From: an uncultured Bacteroidales bacterium
GTDB taxonomy: Bacteria > Bacteroidota > Bacteroidia > Bacteroidales > VadinHA17
Length of the DNA: 64,000 bases
Direction: 5' to 3'
Assembly: GCA_963734885.1 (NCBI GenBank)
Contig: CAVTIJ010000002.1
Location: 259,977 to 323,976, forward strand
Made by a program: the position numbers and the translations under genes
The notes under the pieces: model-generated
What the model was told of the DNA's origin: nothing
The model's database searches: none
The model's input: only the letters and a program-made list of their open reading frames with translations
In this document: piece after piece, positions 48,426 to 57,394 of the stretch
Position numbering within the stretch: position 1 is the stretch's first letter
Layout: each line of letters begins with the position of its first letter

Positions 48426-48920
48426 CTAATCTTTCACCTCTTTATAATATTCATTCGATACATCGGGTGTAACTTCTTTAACCGGTTCTGATGCAGCCTC
48501 TTTAACAGCATCTGGTGTTGCTTCTGTAACCGTAGCTTTAAATTCATCAGGATTCTTTTGAATATTATCCTTAATTTCATTCAGATCATTATGTATACCA
48601 GTCTGCATATCATTCATGCTCTGACGAACATCCGATGTAACATCATTCATATCATTTTTAATCGATGAGGAAACATCATTCATATCATTCTTAAGTTTTT
48701 CCGAATAAGTAGTAACATCCTTTCTTATCGTATCTGATACATCGGTCAGATCTTTACGGAAATCACTTGTGCTTGTTTCAATCTCCTGCCTTATCTCATC
48801 AGTTGCTTTCTTGAAATCGCGCATCCCCTTGCCGATTGTTTTAGCAATATCGGGTAACTTTTCAGCGCCAAAAAGAAGAAGTGCAACTATGATAATAACA
48901 AATATTTCCGGTCCGCTCAT
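48426..48920 (-). CDS. tatA: TatA/TatE-family twin-arginine translocase subunit with long repetitive C-terminal extension
   Basis: ATG at 48920 gives MSGPEIFVIIIVALLLFGAEKLPDIAKTIGKGMRDFKKA (TatA TM plus amphipathic helix). About 110 further aa carry NDMNDV(S/T)S repeats. Confidence 0.75.
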   Translation of the reverse strand: MSGPEIFVIIIVALLLFGAEKLPDIAKTIGKGMRDFKKATDEIRQEIETSTSDFRKDLTDVSDTIRKDVTTYSEKLKNDMNDVSSSIKNDMNDVTSDVRQSMNDMQTGIHNDLNEIKDNIQKNPDEFKATVTEATPDAVKEAASEPVKEVTPDVSNEYYKEVKD

Positions 48921-49090
48921 AACAATTTTATAATAAATGTTTTCTCCCAAATGAATTGGCAAAGTTAGAAAAGTTTAATGATATTCATAAACAATGAAAT
49001 CGCAATAATAGTTAAAGTGAAAGCTTCCCTCACACTCGACTAATTACTTTTTAACACTCTATCGAATAAGGGAGTACAATATACGCATTT

Positions 49091-49247
49091 GGAGATCCTT
49101 CGCTCCGCTCAGGATGACTTTGGCATTTTATATAAATATGGAAGGGAGTAGAAGGCGATTTGCCGAGCAAATCGCCTTCTACTCCCCTCCCTGTCTCTTA
49201 AATACCAATGTCATTCCAAATGTAGCGCAGCGAAATGAGGAATCTCC
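49091..49247. repeat. nested inverted-repeat element (MITE-like or structured RNA)
   Basis: Outer arms GGAGATCCTTCGCTCCGCTCAGGATGAC (49091-49118) and GTCATTCCAAATGTAGCGCAGCGAAATGAGGAATCTCC (49210-49247). Inner perfect 19-bp hairpin 49144-49162 / 49168-49186. Confidence 0.8.
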
Positions 49248-49296
49248 ACTAGTTTTTGTACACCATTGAGTGCAAAACAGAATGAATTCCCTGAAC

Positions 49297-49334
49297 TCTT
49301 AAAACAAGAAAGGGTGCCCTTTCCGGCACCCTTT
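49297..49334 (-). terminator. intrinsic terminator of secDF
   Basis: 10-bp stem AAAGGGTGCC / GGCACCCTTT with a 6-nt loop. On the minus strand it is followed by CTTGTTTTAA. Confidence 0.7.
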
Positions 49335-49353
49335 GTTATAATGATGTATCTGA

Positions 49354-52300
49354 TTAAACAGATGCTTTAATTTTTGCTTTAGGTTCTTCTGCTGCCTCAC
49401 CTACTTTAGGAGTAGTGTCGTACATCAGAGCTGTGGCAACGAAAACTGAGGAGTAAACACCAGTTCCGATACCAACAAGCAGGGCAAACATGAATCCACG
49501 GATCACAGCGCCACCAAAGATGAACATCGCCACTATTGTAAGGATAACTGTAAGCGTAGTGTTTATGGTACGGCTTAGCGTTGAGTTTATAGCCATATTA
49601 AGAACCTCTTTCATAGGCCGTTTCCTATACATTGGTATATACTCACGTAACCGGTCGAATACAATAACCGTATCGTTCACTGAGAACCCGATAACTGTAA
49701 GAATGGCCGCTATAAATGCCTGGTCAATTTCCATTGAGAATGGCATTATTCCCCAGAATATTGAGTACACTCCAATAACGAGAAGAGTATCGTGGAATAG
49801 TGACATAACTGCGCCAAATCCATATTGCCAGTTCTTGAACCTCATGAAAATATAGAAGAATATAAGCACAAGGGCAATACCTACTGCATAGAAAGCATTT
49901 ATGTTAATATCAGCTGCAACAACAGGGCCAACTGTTTCAGAACTGACCCTGTATTTGTCAGTAAGGAAGACATCTTCTGTTACGCCGGCAGGAAGAAAAC
50001 TCTTTAATCCCTCATATAATTTGGTATCTACCTCATCGTCAACACCGGTTTCATTTATTTTATATTTTGTCGTTATCTTAACCTGGTCAATGTTTCCGAA
50101 GGTAACAACCTGAGGCAGTTCTCCGAATGCAACATTAAGTTTAGCTGCAATATCCTCTGTTTTAACAGGATGATCAAATCTGATGACAAATGTTCTTCCT
50201 CCGGTAAAATCGATACCCGGATTTAGTCCCCTGACAAAAAGTGAAACAACTCCTGCAAGCAGAATACCACCGGAAATAAAATAGAAGTATTTTCTCATTC
50301 CGATAAAGTCGATCTGCGTGTTTTTGAAGAGGTTGGCGGTTATCTTTATTGAGAATGTAAGATGTCTGTCTCTTTTCAGCAGGCTTTCATAAATTATTCT
50401 GGTAATGAATATAGCTGTAAACATTGAAGTCAGGATACCAATCACAAGAGTTGTAGCAAATCCCTTTATTGGTCCTGTTCCAAAGACGTAGAGTACGATA
50501 CCCGTAAGGATTGTGGTTACGTTTGAGTCAATAATAGCAGAATAAGCATGCCTGTAACCATCTGCTATTGCCAGCTTCATCCCTTTTCCTGCTCTTAGTT
50601 CCTCCCTTATTCGTTCATAGATAAGTACGTTTGCATCCACGGCCATACCCATTGTGAGCACTATACCCGCAATTCCAGGCAAAGTCAGTACGGCATTAAG
50701 TGAAGCTAATACACCGAATAACAGGAATACGTTGGTTATAAGGGCAATGTTAGCAATTGTCCCGGCGCTTTTACTGTAATAGAAAATCATAAAGGCCAGT
50801 ACGAGGGCGAATGCTATAATAAATGATACAAATCCTGACTGAATTGCTTCTTTACCAAGAGATGGACCAACAATTGTATCAGATATAATATTTATACGTG
50901 CAGGTAATTTACCCGATTTCAAAATATTTGCCAGGTCATCAGCTTCTTCAATAGTGAAATCGCCTGTTATCTCGGTACTTCCTCCCGTTATCTCATTCTG
51001 AACTCTCGGATAAGAGCGAACGTAACCATCTAGTACTACAGCGATACATCTGCCAATATTTTCACGGGTCATCCTTGCCCAGATTTTTGAGCCCTCAGAG
51101 TTCATGGACATATCAACTTTCACGTCACCTGTCACCCCTGTTGATGTTCTGGCAGATGTAATGACATCTCCCCCAAGAGGTGGCCGACCGTCGCGTGTAG
51201 TAATTTTTATTGCGTGAAGTTCGTACATCGACTTGGTGGGATCCTCCTTATAAGGATTCTGGCTCCATAAGAGTTTAAGATCTCTGGGAAACAGAGCTTT
51301 TATCCTCGTCATTTTCAGATATGAATCAACTTTTGCAGTGTCCTTCCAACTTGCCAGCCCTACCATAGAAGAAGGCAAGGGTTGTCCCTGTTGAGTTACT
51401 CGTGGAATTAGTATTCCGAATAATGGATTCTGCTGGGTAAATCCTTCCCTGGTGCTTGCAGTTGCCTCAACTTTTGTTGTATCCTTATTTATAAGATCAA
51501 GCAATGACTGATCTTTTTTAGTGGTATCAGCTGAATTTTTCTTGTTTGCTTCAAGTGTTTTGCTGGCACTAGTCTCAGTGTTAACCTGAATTTCTTTCAG
51601 AAGATTATTTGCCTGAGAAAGATATGGCAATATCTCACTATTTTCATAGGTTTCCCAGAATTCAAGGTTTGCAGTTCCCTGAAGAAGTTCGCGGACCCTT
51701 TTAGGATTATTCTGACCAGGCAGGTTGATTAATATCCTTCCTTTGGTAGCAAGCATAGTGATCTCAGGCTGAACAACTCCAAATCTGTCAATCCTTGTAC
51801 GCAAAATATTAAATGCGTTTGTTATGGCTGAAGAAACTTCCGTGTCGAGGACCTTTAAAACCTGATCATTAGTTGAATTGAAATTTATTTTGTCCTTTAA
51901 TTCCACTGTTCCGAATATGGCAGCAAGTCTGGCATTTGGATCAGTTTCCTGAAAAGCTCTTCCAAAAAGAGTAAGATAATCTGACTGACTGGATGTCTGA
52001 AGCTGCCGTGCACGGGCCAGAGCTGTATTAAAAGTTTTGTCAGGATTATAATTAGAAAGAGCTCTTAAAACGTCTTCAACTGATACTTCAAGGATTACGT
52101 TCATACCTCCTTTGAGGTCGAGTCCAAGATTTAATTCTTTCCTCTGGCACTCTTTAAAAGTGTAACCCAGAAAGCTCCATTTTTCCTTTGGCAAAGTGGA
52201 GATAGAATCAATATATGCTGTTTCTTTTTCAAGGCTGCCTTTAGCGTACGCCTTAGCCTCCTTTTTTACCTTATAAGTTGCGCCTGTAAATGAAAGCTGG

Positions 52301-52359
52301 TATATTGATACCAATGCTAGTGCAATTGACAGAAAGATAATAGCTGCTTTATTCTGCAT
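49354..52359 (-). CDS. secDF: protein translocase subunit SecDF (fused)
   Basis: 1001 aa. Large periplasmic domain, then two blocks of 6 TM segments. LGLDLKGG and GIDFTGG motifs. Confidence 0.95.
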   Translation of the reverse strand: MQNKAAIIFLSIALALVSIYQLSFTGATYKVKKEAKAYAKGSLEKETAYIDSISTLPKEKWSFLGYTFKECQRKELNLGLDLKGGMNVILEVSVEDVLRALSNYNPDKTFNTALARARQLQTSSQSDYLTLFGRAFQETDPNARLAAIFGTVELKDKINFNSTNDQVLKVLDTEVSSAITNAFNILRTRIDRFGVVQPEITMLATKGRILINLPGQNNPKRVRELLQGTANLEFWETYENSEILPYLSQANNLLKEIQVNTETSASKTLEANKKNSADTTKKDQSLLDLINKDTTKVEATASTREGFTQQNPLFGILIPRVTQQGQPLPSSMVGLASWKDTAKVDSYLKMTRIKALFPRDLKLLWSQNPYKEDPTKSMYELHAIKITTRDGRPPLGGDVITSARTSTGVTGDVKVDMSMNSEGSKIWARMTRENIGRCIAVVLDGYVRSYPRVQNEITGGSTEITGDFTIEEADDLANILKSGKLPARINIISDTIVGPSLGKEAIQSGFVSFIIAFALVLAFMIFYYSKSAGTIANIALITNVFLLFGVLASLNAVLTLPGIAGIVLTMGMAVDANVLIYERIREELRAGKGMKLAIADGYRHAYSAIIDSNVTTILTGIVLYVFGTGPIKGFATTLVIGILTSMFTAIFITRIIYESLLKRDRHLTFSIKITANLFKNTQIDFIGMRKYFYFISGGILLAGVVSLFVRGLNPGIDFTGGRTFVIRFDHPVKTEDIAAKLNVAFGELPQVVTFGNIDQVKITTKYKINETGVDDEVDTKLYEGLKSFLPAGVTEDVFLTDKYRVSSETVGPVVAADININAFYAVGIALVLIFFYIFMRFKNWQYGFGAVMSLFHDTLLVIGVYSIFWGIMPFSMEIDQAFIAAILTVIGFSVNDTVIVFDRLREYIPMYRKRPMKEVLNMAINSTLSRTINTTLTVILTIVAMFIFGGAVIRGFMFALLVGIGTGVYSSVFVATALMYDTTPKVGEAAEEPKAKIKASV

Positions 52360-52416
52360 TTGTCTTTTCTTTTGGGATTATTACGAGTTTTTCTTTATTC
52401 TTCTACGATTGAGGCG

Positions 52417-52449
52417 CAAAGATATTAAAATTTTACAAAAACATTCAAA
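52417..52449 (-). promoter_or_regulatory. candidate Bacteroidota sigma-A promoter for secDF (TTTG-N21-TAnnTTTG)
   Basis: The minus strand reads TTTG (52449-52446), a 21-nt spacer, then TATCTTTG (52424-52417), 58 nt upstream of the secDF ATG. Confidence 0.4.
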
Positions 52450-52487
52450 TTAATAGGATATCAATTAAAAGTCTTTCAGTCTAACGT

Positions 52488-52633
52488 GAAAACCCCTCAG
52501 TCACTGCGCGACATCTCCTCAAAAGGGGCGAAAATACCCGTTTTTTTAGTAGAATTATTTCCCTCCAGAAATTTCGCCCTCCGACGAAGGGAGTGCCCGA
52601 AGAGCCTGCCCCGCACAGCAAGGCCAAGTGGGT
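52488..52633. repeat. GC-rich structured intergenic element
   Basis: CCCCTCAGTCACTGCGCGACATCTCCTCAAAAGGGG plus T7, then TTCCCTCCAGAAATTTCGCCCTCCGACGAAGGGAGTGCCCGAAGAGCC. It shares GAAGGGAGT and AAAT(T)TCGCC with 49141-49190. Confidence 0.5.
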
Positions 52634-54118
52634 CTATTTTACCAGCTTATCGTAGTCGGTATCCAGCGGCTTCCTGTTTATAAAGTCAAAAAGCGTTAGA
52701 CTGCGGATATTATAAAAGTAGTTCCAGTAATCCTGCAAAGACTGTATATAAGCTCTCTTGTTCTGGTCCTTCCTGCTGTCGGCATCATTCAGATCAAGTA
52801 CTGCGATCTTGCCGATCAGGAAACGCTGTTTTGTGACTTCATATCTTTTCATTGCAACTGTATCTGATTTGGCTGCAATTGCCACCTGGCTCTTCTGTAA
52901 ATTAAACTGTTCAACATCGAGAAAAAGATTTTGCTGAAAGTCTGTAATAGCCTGTTTAGCAGTAACCTGTGTAAGCTCAAGGCTCGATTTTGCCATTTGA
53001 TATTTTCCTTTGCTCAGCCCCCAGTCGAGTATAGGCAGTATGAAACCAACCTGCACCATCTGGGAATTGCTCAGGTTTTGATATGCGGCCCTAAGGACAG
53101 TTGACTGCTGTGATAATCCAAGCGATGCATTAAGACTGGCATTCAATCCTTTTGAAGCTTTGGCCTGTGCTTCATTACTCTGAGCATTAAGAACATTGAT
53201 CTGCTGCTGGATAAGATCCGGATTATTTTGAAGAGCCAAATCAAGAACCTCTTTAATATCAACCTGCAAATCAGGTATCTCATTGGGGATAATCAGTTCA
53301 AGCCTCACATTTTCATTATACCCAAGAAATGACCGGAGCCTGATCTCCCTGTCGCGCAAATTCATGTCTGCCTGTTTTCTGGATGTTTCGGCATTAAGCC
53401 ATGACAATTGCATTTGCAGAAGTTCATCTTCAGCAATTGTCCCGAGCTGATATCTTCCTTTAGCTATTCTGTATAAAGTATCGGCATTGGAATAATTCAT
53501 TTCGGATATCTGCTTATTTATCTGGGCCAGGGCAAGAGAAAAGAAGTTCTGGACGGCACTTGAATGAACCCCTTCAATATTTGCGAGATATGTTTTCTTC
53601 GCAGCATCATATTTAACCGGTTCAATCTTCGCCTGCCATTTAAGAGTATTATATTTTCTTATGGGCTGAGTGATATTGATACTTACAGGATCAGTGATAT
53701 AGTTTATTGGTGAATTCTTTTCGATATCCCTGAACAGGGTCAGATCAGATGAAAGAGCAATAATAGTTCCGGTCGGGCCTATATTCTGAGCAAGTGATAA
53801 GGTCCCGAGATTGCTTATCGTGTTTGTGCGTTGATAGGAATATGTGTTGGTGGCATAATCATAAACCTTTTCAAGACCATTGCTGAAAGCTGGTGTGGTT
53901 CCTGAAAGAGTAAGCGAAGGCAGGTATTGAGCCTGGTATGACCGGAATTGCCAGTAACTTGCACGGAAACGATGTTTTGCCATCAGGGCATTCGGCGATT
54001 GTTCTTCGGCAAGTTTTATCACTTCATCGAATGTAAGCTTTTTAATATCCTGAGCATCAATCTTCAAAGTTGAAAACACAAAAGATGCTATAATGAACAA
54101 TGCAAATAATTTCTTCAT
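52634..54118 (-). CDS. TolC-family outer membrane efflux protein
   Basis: ATG at 54118 gives the signal peptide MKKLFALFIIASFVFSTLKIDAQ. Two tandem coiled/beta repeats typical of the OEP family. Confidence 0.85.
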   Translation of the reverse strand: MKKLFALFIIASFVFSTLKIDAQDIKKLTFDEVIKLAEEQSPNALMAKHRFRASYWQFRSYQAQYLPSLTLSGTTPAFSNGLEKVYDYATNTYSYQRTNTISNLGTLSLAQNIGPTGTIIALSSDLTLFRDIEKNSPINYITDPVSINITQPIRKYNTLKWQAKIEPVKYDAAKKTYLANIEGVHSSAVQNFFSLALAQINKQISEMNYSNADTLYRIAKGRYQLGTIAEDELLQMQLSWLNAETSRKQADMNLRDREIRLRSFLGYNENVRLELIIPNEIPDLQVDIKEVLDLALQNNPDLIQQQINVLNAQSNEAQAKASKGLNASLNASLGLSQQSTVLRAAYQNLSNSQMVQVGFILPILDWGLSKGKYQMAKSSLELTQVTAKQAITDFQQNLFLDVEQFNLQKSQVAIAAKSDTVAMKRYEVTKQRFLIGKIAVLDLNDADSRKDQNKRAYIQSLQDYWNYFYNIRSLTLFDFINRKPLDTDYDKLVK

Positions 54119-54182
54119 TTCAATTTTATAAAAATTTATACCAAATTCCCTTCCACGTGAAGGAAGTTGCAGGCATGCGAAC

Positions 54183-55559
54183 CTATTCATATCTCAATGA
54201 TTCAATAGGATCTTTTTCAGATGCCCTTTTTGCGGGTGAGTAACCAAAGATCACTCCAACAGCCGCTGAAACGCCAAATGCAATAAATACCGAAAAGAAC
54301 GAAACAATAGTCATAATACCCGCCACCTGTTCTATCAGCTTAGCCATAATAACCCCCAGAAAAACGCCTATAAAACCGCCGGAAACACTTATCAGCACGG
54401 CTTCAGACAGAAACTGGACTACAATATCCATTTTCTTAGCCCCAATTGCCATTCTTGTTCCGATTTCTTTTATCCTTTCCATAACAGAGGCAAACATTAT
54501 GTTCATAATGCCTATCCCTCCGACAATCAGCGAAATGCTCGCAATTGCACCAAGAACAACATTAAAAATGTCCTTTGTCCTTTGCTGTTGTTTGAGCAGT
54601 AATTCCGGAACTGTTATCTCAAAATCCTTTACTCCAGTGTGCCTTCTGGCAAGCATACGGCTTAATATTTCTGTGGTTGGCTGAAGTTGTTCAGTCTCAG
54701 TGACCTGGACAACGATCCTGTCAAGCTGATTATAATTGGTCTCCGCATCACTTGATGCATCAGAGCTGCTGACTACAACACGCGACATACCCGGTCCTCC
54801 CCCAAAAAACTGCATTGATGATGCTTCAGAAACAAGTTTCGTATTCAGAAGAGCTCTGTTCTGGTATCGCAGAAGCATTGTCTGGATTGGAATATAGATA
54901 TTGTCGTTGTAAACGTTAACTCCTTTTTCTTCAAATCCTGTCAGACTCACATTGGTTTTCTGCAGTACCCCTATGACCTTCAGCCAGATACCATTGAATT
55001 TAATATACTGGTTCAGCGGATCGATCTTGCTGAAAAATTTTGCTCTGATATTTGCACCGATAATACATACCTGGATACCATTATCTTCCTGAAATGAATT
55101 AAAGAATGCACCGCCTACCAGTGGCAAATTATACAAATGGAAATAATCATTTGAAACTCCTACCAGTTTGGCAGTGTACTTAACTCCGTTAAGCATAGCG
55201 GTTGAGTTAAAAGAAATTTCAGGACTGATTCTTTTGACAGAAGGAAGGACATTCTTTATGGCATCGACATCAAGGAGATTTAAGCCTCTTGAGAATTTCT
55301 TCTGCTGTTTTTCTCCTTCAGTCGTTGAAGAAGTTTTGTCAGGAATGACCGGATTGATAATGATATTATTGACCCCAACCATTTTCATCTGCTCCATTAT
55401 CTCCTGCTTCGCTCCTTTTCCAATAGCGAGCATTGCAATAACTGCTGCCACACCAAAGATTATCCCAAGGGCTGTCAACATTGATTTTAGTTTGTTCGAG
55501 ACGATCGATTCTACTGCAATTTCAATGTCGTGGGCATACCGAAGTATAAATTTGAACAT
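54183..55559 (-). CDS. ABC transporter permease (MacB-type periplasmic domain plus FtsX), no fused ATPase
   Basis: 458 aa. N-terminal TM, large periplasmic domain, C-terminal FtsX-like 3-TM block ending EKDPIESLRYE. Confidence 0.85.
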   Translation of the reverse strand: MFKFILRYAHDIEIAVESIVSNKLKSMLTALGIIFGVAAVIAMLAIGKGAKQEIMEQMKMVGVNNIIINPVIPDKTSSTTEGEKQQKKFSRGLNLLDVDAIKNVLPSVKRISPEISFNSTAMLNGVKYTAKLVGVSNDYFHLYNLPLVGGAFFNSFQEDNGIQVCIIGANIRAKFFSKIDPLNQYIKFNGIWLKVIGVLQKTNVSLTGFEEKGVNVYNDNIYIPIQTMLLRYQNRALLNTKLVSEASSMQFFGGGPGMSRVVVSSSDASSDAETNYNQLDRIVVQVTETEQLQPTTEILSRMLARRHTGVKDFEITVPELLLKQQQRTKDIFNVVLGAIASISLIVGGIGIMNIMFASVMERIKEIGTRMAIGAKKMDIVVQFLSEAVLISVSGGFIGVFLGVIMAKLIEQVAGIMTIVSFFSVFIAFGVSAAVGVIFGYSPAKRASEKDPIESLRYE

Positions 55560-55579
55560 TTTAATTCCTGTTAAATTAA

Positions 55580-57160
55580 TTAATTCTGAATAGTTCTCTG
55601 AGAAGGTCCCTGTCCGTTCTGACCCTGTTCAGACTGTCTGTTCGTTCTCCGGCGCGTTGTAGTATCAGCAGCCCCTCCCTGAGTGTTATTCCGCATCTTC
55701 TGGAATCTTCTCATTGCAGCAGTGTCAGGATTACCTCCATTTCCTGATCTCATGCTCTGGAACCTTTGCATCATTTCAGGACTAACGTTCATTCCCGCGC
55801 GTCCCATGCTGCCTCCCATTTCCCCACCTGTCATTTTAGCTTTTTCTGCTTCCTGGCGTGCCTTAAGCTCCTCAGCTTTTTTAACAGCTTCACGTTCACG
55901 TATGACAGATATCAATTCCTGACCAACGAGCTTGAATTTTTCAGGTTTTTCAGGTGTATTCAGGTAAAGCGGAACACCTGGCACCAACCCTTTTTCAATA
56001 ACGACATTGTTTTCATTTGATTCTCCAAGCACAACAACCTGACGGGTTCCGTTTTTAAGATATACAAATGGTATGCTGTCGGGTCCGGCCTGAACACTTT
56101 CAAGCGGGATAAAAGTTACATCGTTAATTGTTTTAGTGATGATCTTATTACCTGTTGTCATTGAAGGCCTCAGGATCGGATCTGATCCATCCACTTCAAT
56201 CAGGACTTCGAACACTTTTGCATCAGCATTCGGAAGCTGTTCACCGATATTTGCCACACTTGTTACCGTACCTGTGTAGGATTTTTCAGGAAATGCATCA
56301 ACAACGATTTCAACGTGCTGTCCTGGTTTTACTTTGCTGACGTCAATTTCGTTGACGTAAGTTTTTGATATCATCGACGACATATCAGGCAAGGTGGCCA
56401 CAACATTATCCCATGGACTAATTGAAGAGCCCACTTTCCTCTTGGCTCCCATCCTGTCGCGCTTGTAAATTATCATTCCCGATGATGGAGCATTAATAAT
56501 AAATTTCGACAATACAGTTTGCAGATCACTTACCCTCACTTTTTGTTCCGAAAGATTTGTTTTGGCAGTACGCATATCTGATTTAGCCTGCTCAACCCTG
56601 AGTGAATAGCCTCTTATATTCTGATCGAGAGAACGGTTAGCTTTATCAAGAGCTATTTCTGCTTCACGGATCGTCGTTGGAGGCTCATACTTAGATTGTT
56701 GAAGTGTTATGGCAGCTTCTTCAACAGAAAATCGCATATTTTTGATATTATCTCTTAAATTGCTCAATGTGACGGCGGTATCAAGAATCTTCATCTCGAG
56801 GTTTGTTTCATAGGTCGTAAGCCTCTCGAGTTCATCTTTAAGACTATTGTCGAATGCAGTCCTGTCGAGAGTTGCTACGTAGTCTCCGTTTTTAACCTCA
56901 GTACCTTCCGGTACTATATCGGTTATTTTAATATCCATGGCTCTGATGTTCCTGCTCTGCGTGAATTCAGGACCGATAATATCAGTAGATTTTTTTGACT
57001 GAAGCTCACCTGTTGTTGTAACAACGATATCGAACTGCCCTTTCTCAGATTCAGCGTAGAGATTTGCAATATCCTTTTTTGAGGTCAGTTTCGTGATTAC
57101 AATCAAAACGATGATTGCGACAACAACTATGATGCCTGCGATAATAACGGTTCTTTTCAT
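55580..57160 (-). CDS. efflux periplasmic adaptor (HlyD/MacA family) with low-complexity C-terminal tail
   Basis: 526 aa. N-terminal anchor, lipoyl / coiled-coil hairpin / beta-barrel pattern. The tail carries MQRFQSMR and MRRFQKMR. Confidence 0.85.
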   Translation of the reverse strand: MKRTVIIAGIIVVVAIIVLIVITKLTSKKDIANLYAESEKGQFDIVVTTTGELQSKKSTDIIGPEFTQSRNIRAMDIKITDIVPEGTEVKNGDYVATLDRTAFDNSLKDELERLTTYETNLEMKILDTAVTLSNLRDNIKNMRFSVEEAAITLQQSKYEPPTTIREAEIALDKANRSLDQNIRGYSLRVEQAKSDMRTAKTNLSEQKVRVSDLQTVLSKFIINAPSSGMIIYKRDRMGAKRKVGSSISPWDNVVATLPDMSSMISKTYVNEIDVSKVKPGQHVEIVVDAFPEKSYTGTVTSVANIGEQLPNADAKVFEVLIEVDGSDPILRPSMTTGNKIITKTINDVTFIPLESVQAGPDSIPFVYLKNGTRQVVVLGESNENNVVIEKGLVPGVPLYLNTPEKPEKFKLVGQELISVIREREAVKKAEELKARQEAEKAKMTGGEMGGSMGRAGMNVSPEMMQRFQSMRSGNGGNPDTAAMRRFQKMRNNTQGGAADTTTRRRTNRQSEQGQNGQGPSQRTIQN

Positions 57161-57356
57161 ATAATTAATATTAACTAAGTGATGAAACTCTCATGTTTAG
57201 GAATTTTACACAAAAGTTGTGAGACTCAAAACGGGTCAGGTTCATCAGGCTTTTTATTTTTGAAGGTTCAAGTATCAGCAATAAAGACAAAAGTATTAAA
57301 AAGGGTTCTCCCTTTACAGTCGTTAACAATTTTTAACAAGAATACTTTACGGGTAC

Positions 57357-57393
57357 TCTTTTTGCCGTTGGTTTAGACCAACGGCAAAAGAGG
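57357..57393 (-). terminator. hairpin terminator of glmM
   Basis: 13-bp stem TTTTGCCGTTGGT / ACCAACGGCAAAA (extendable with one bulge), loop TTAG, immediately after the stop. Confidence 0.6.
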
Positions 57394-57394
57394 A

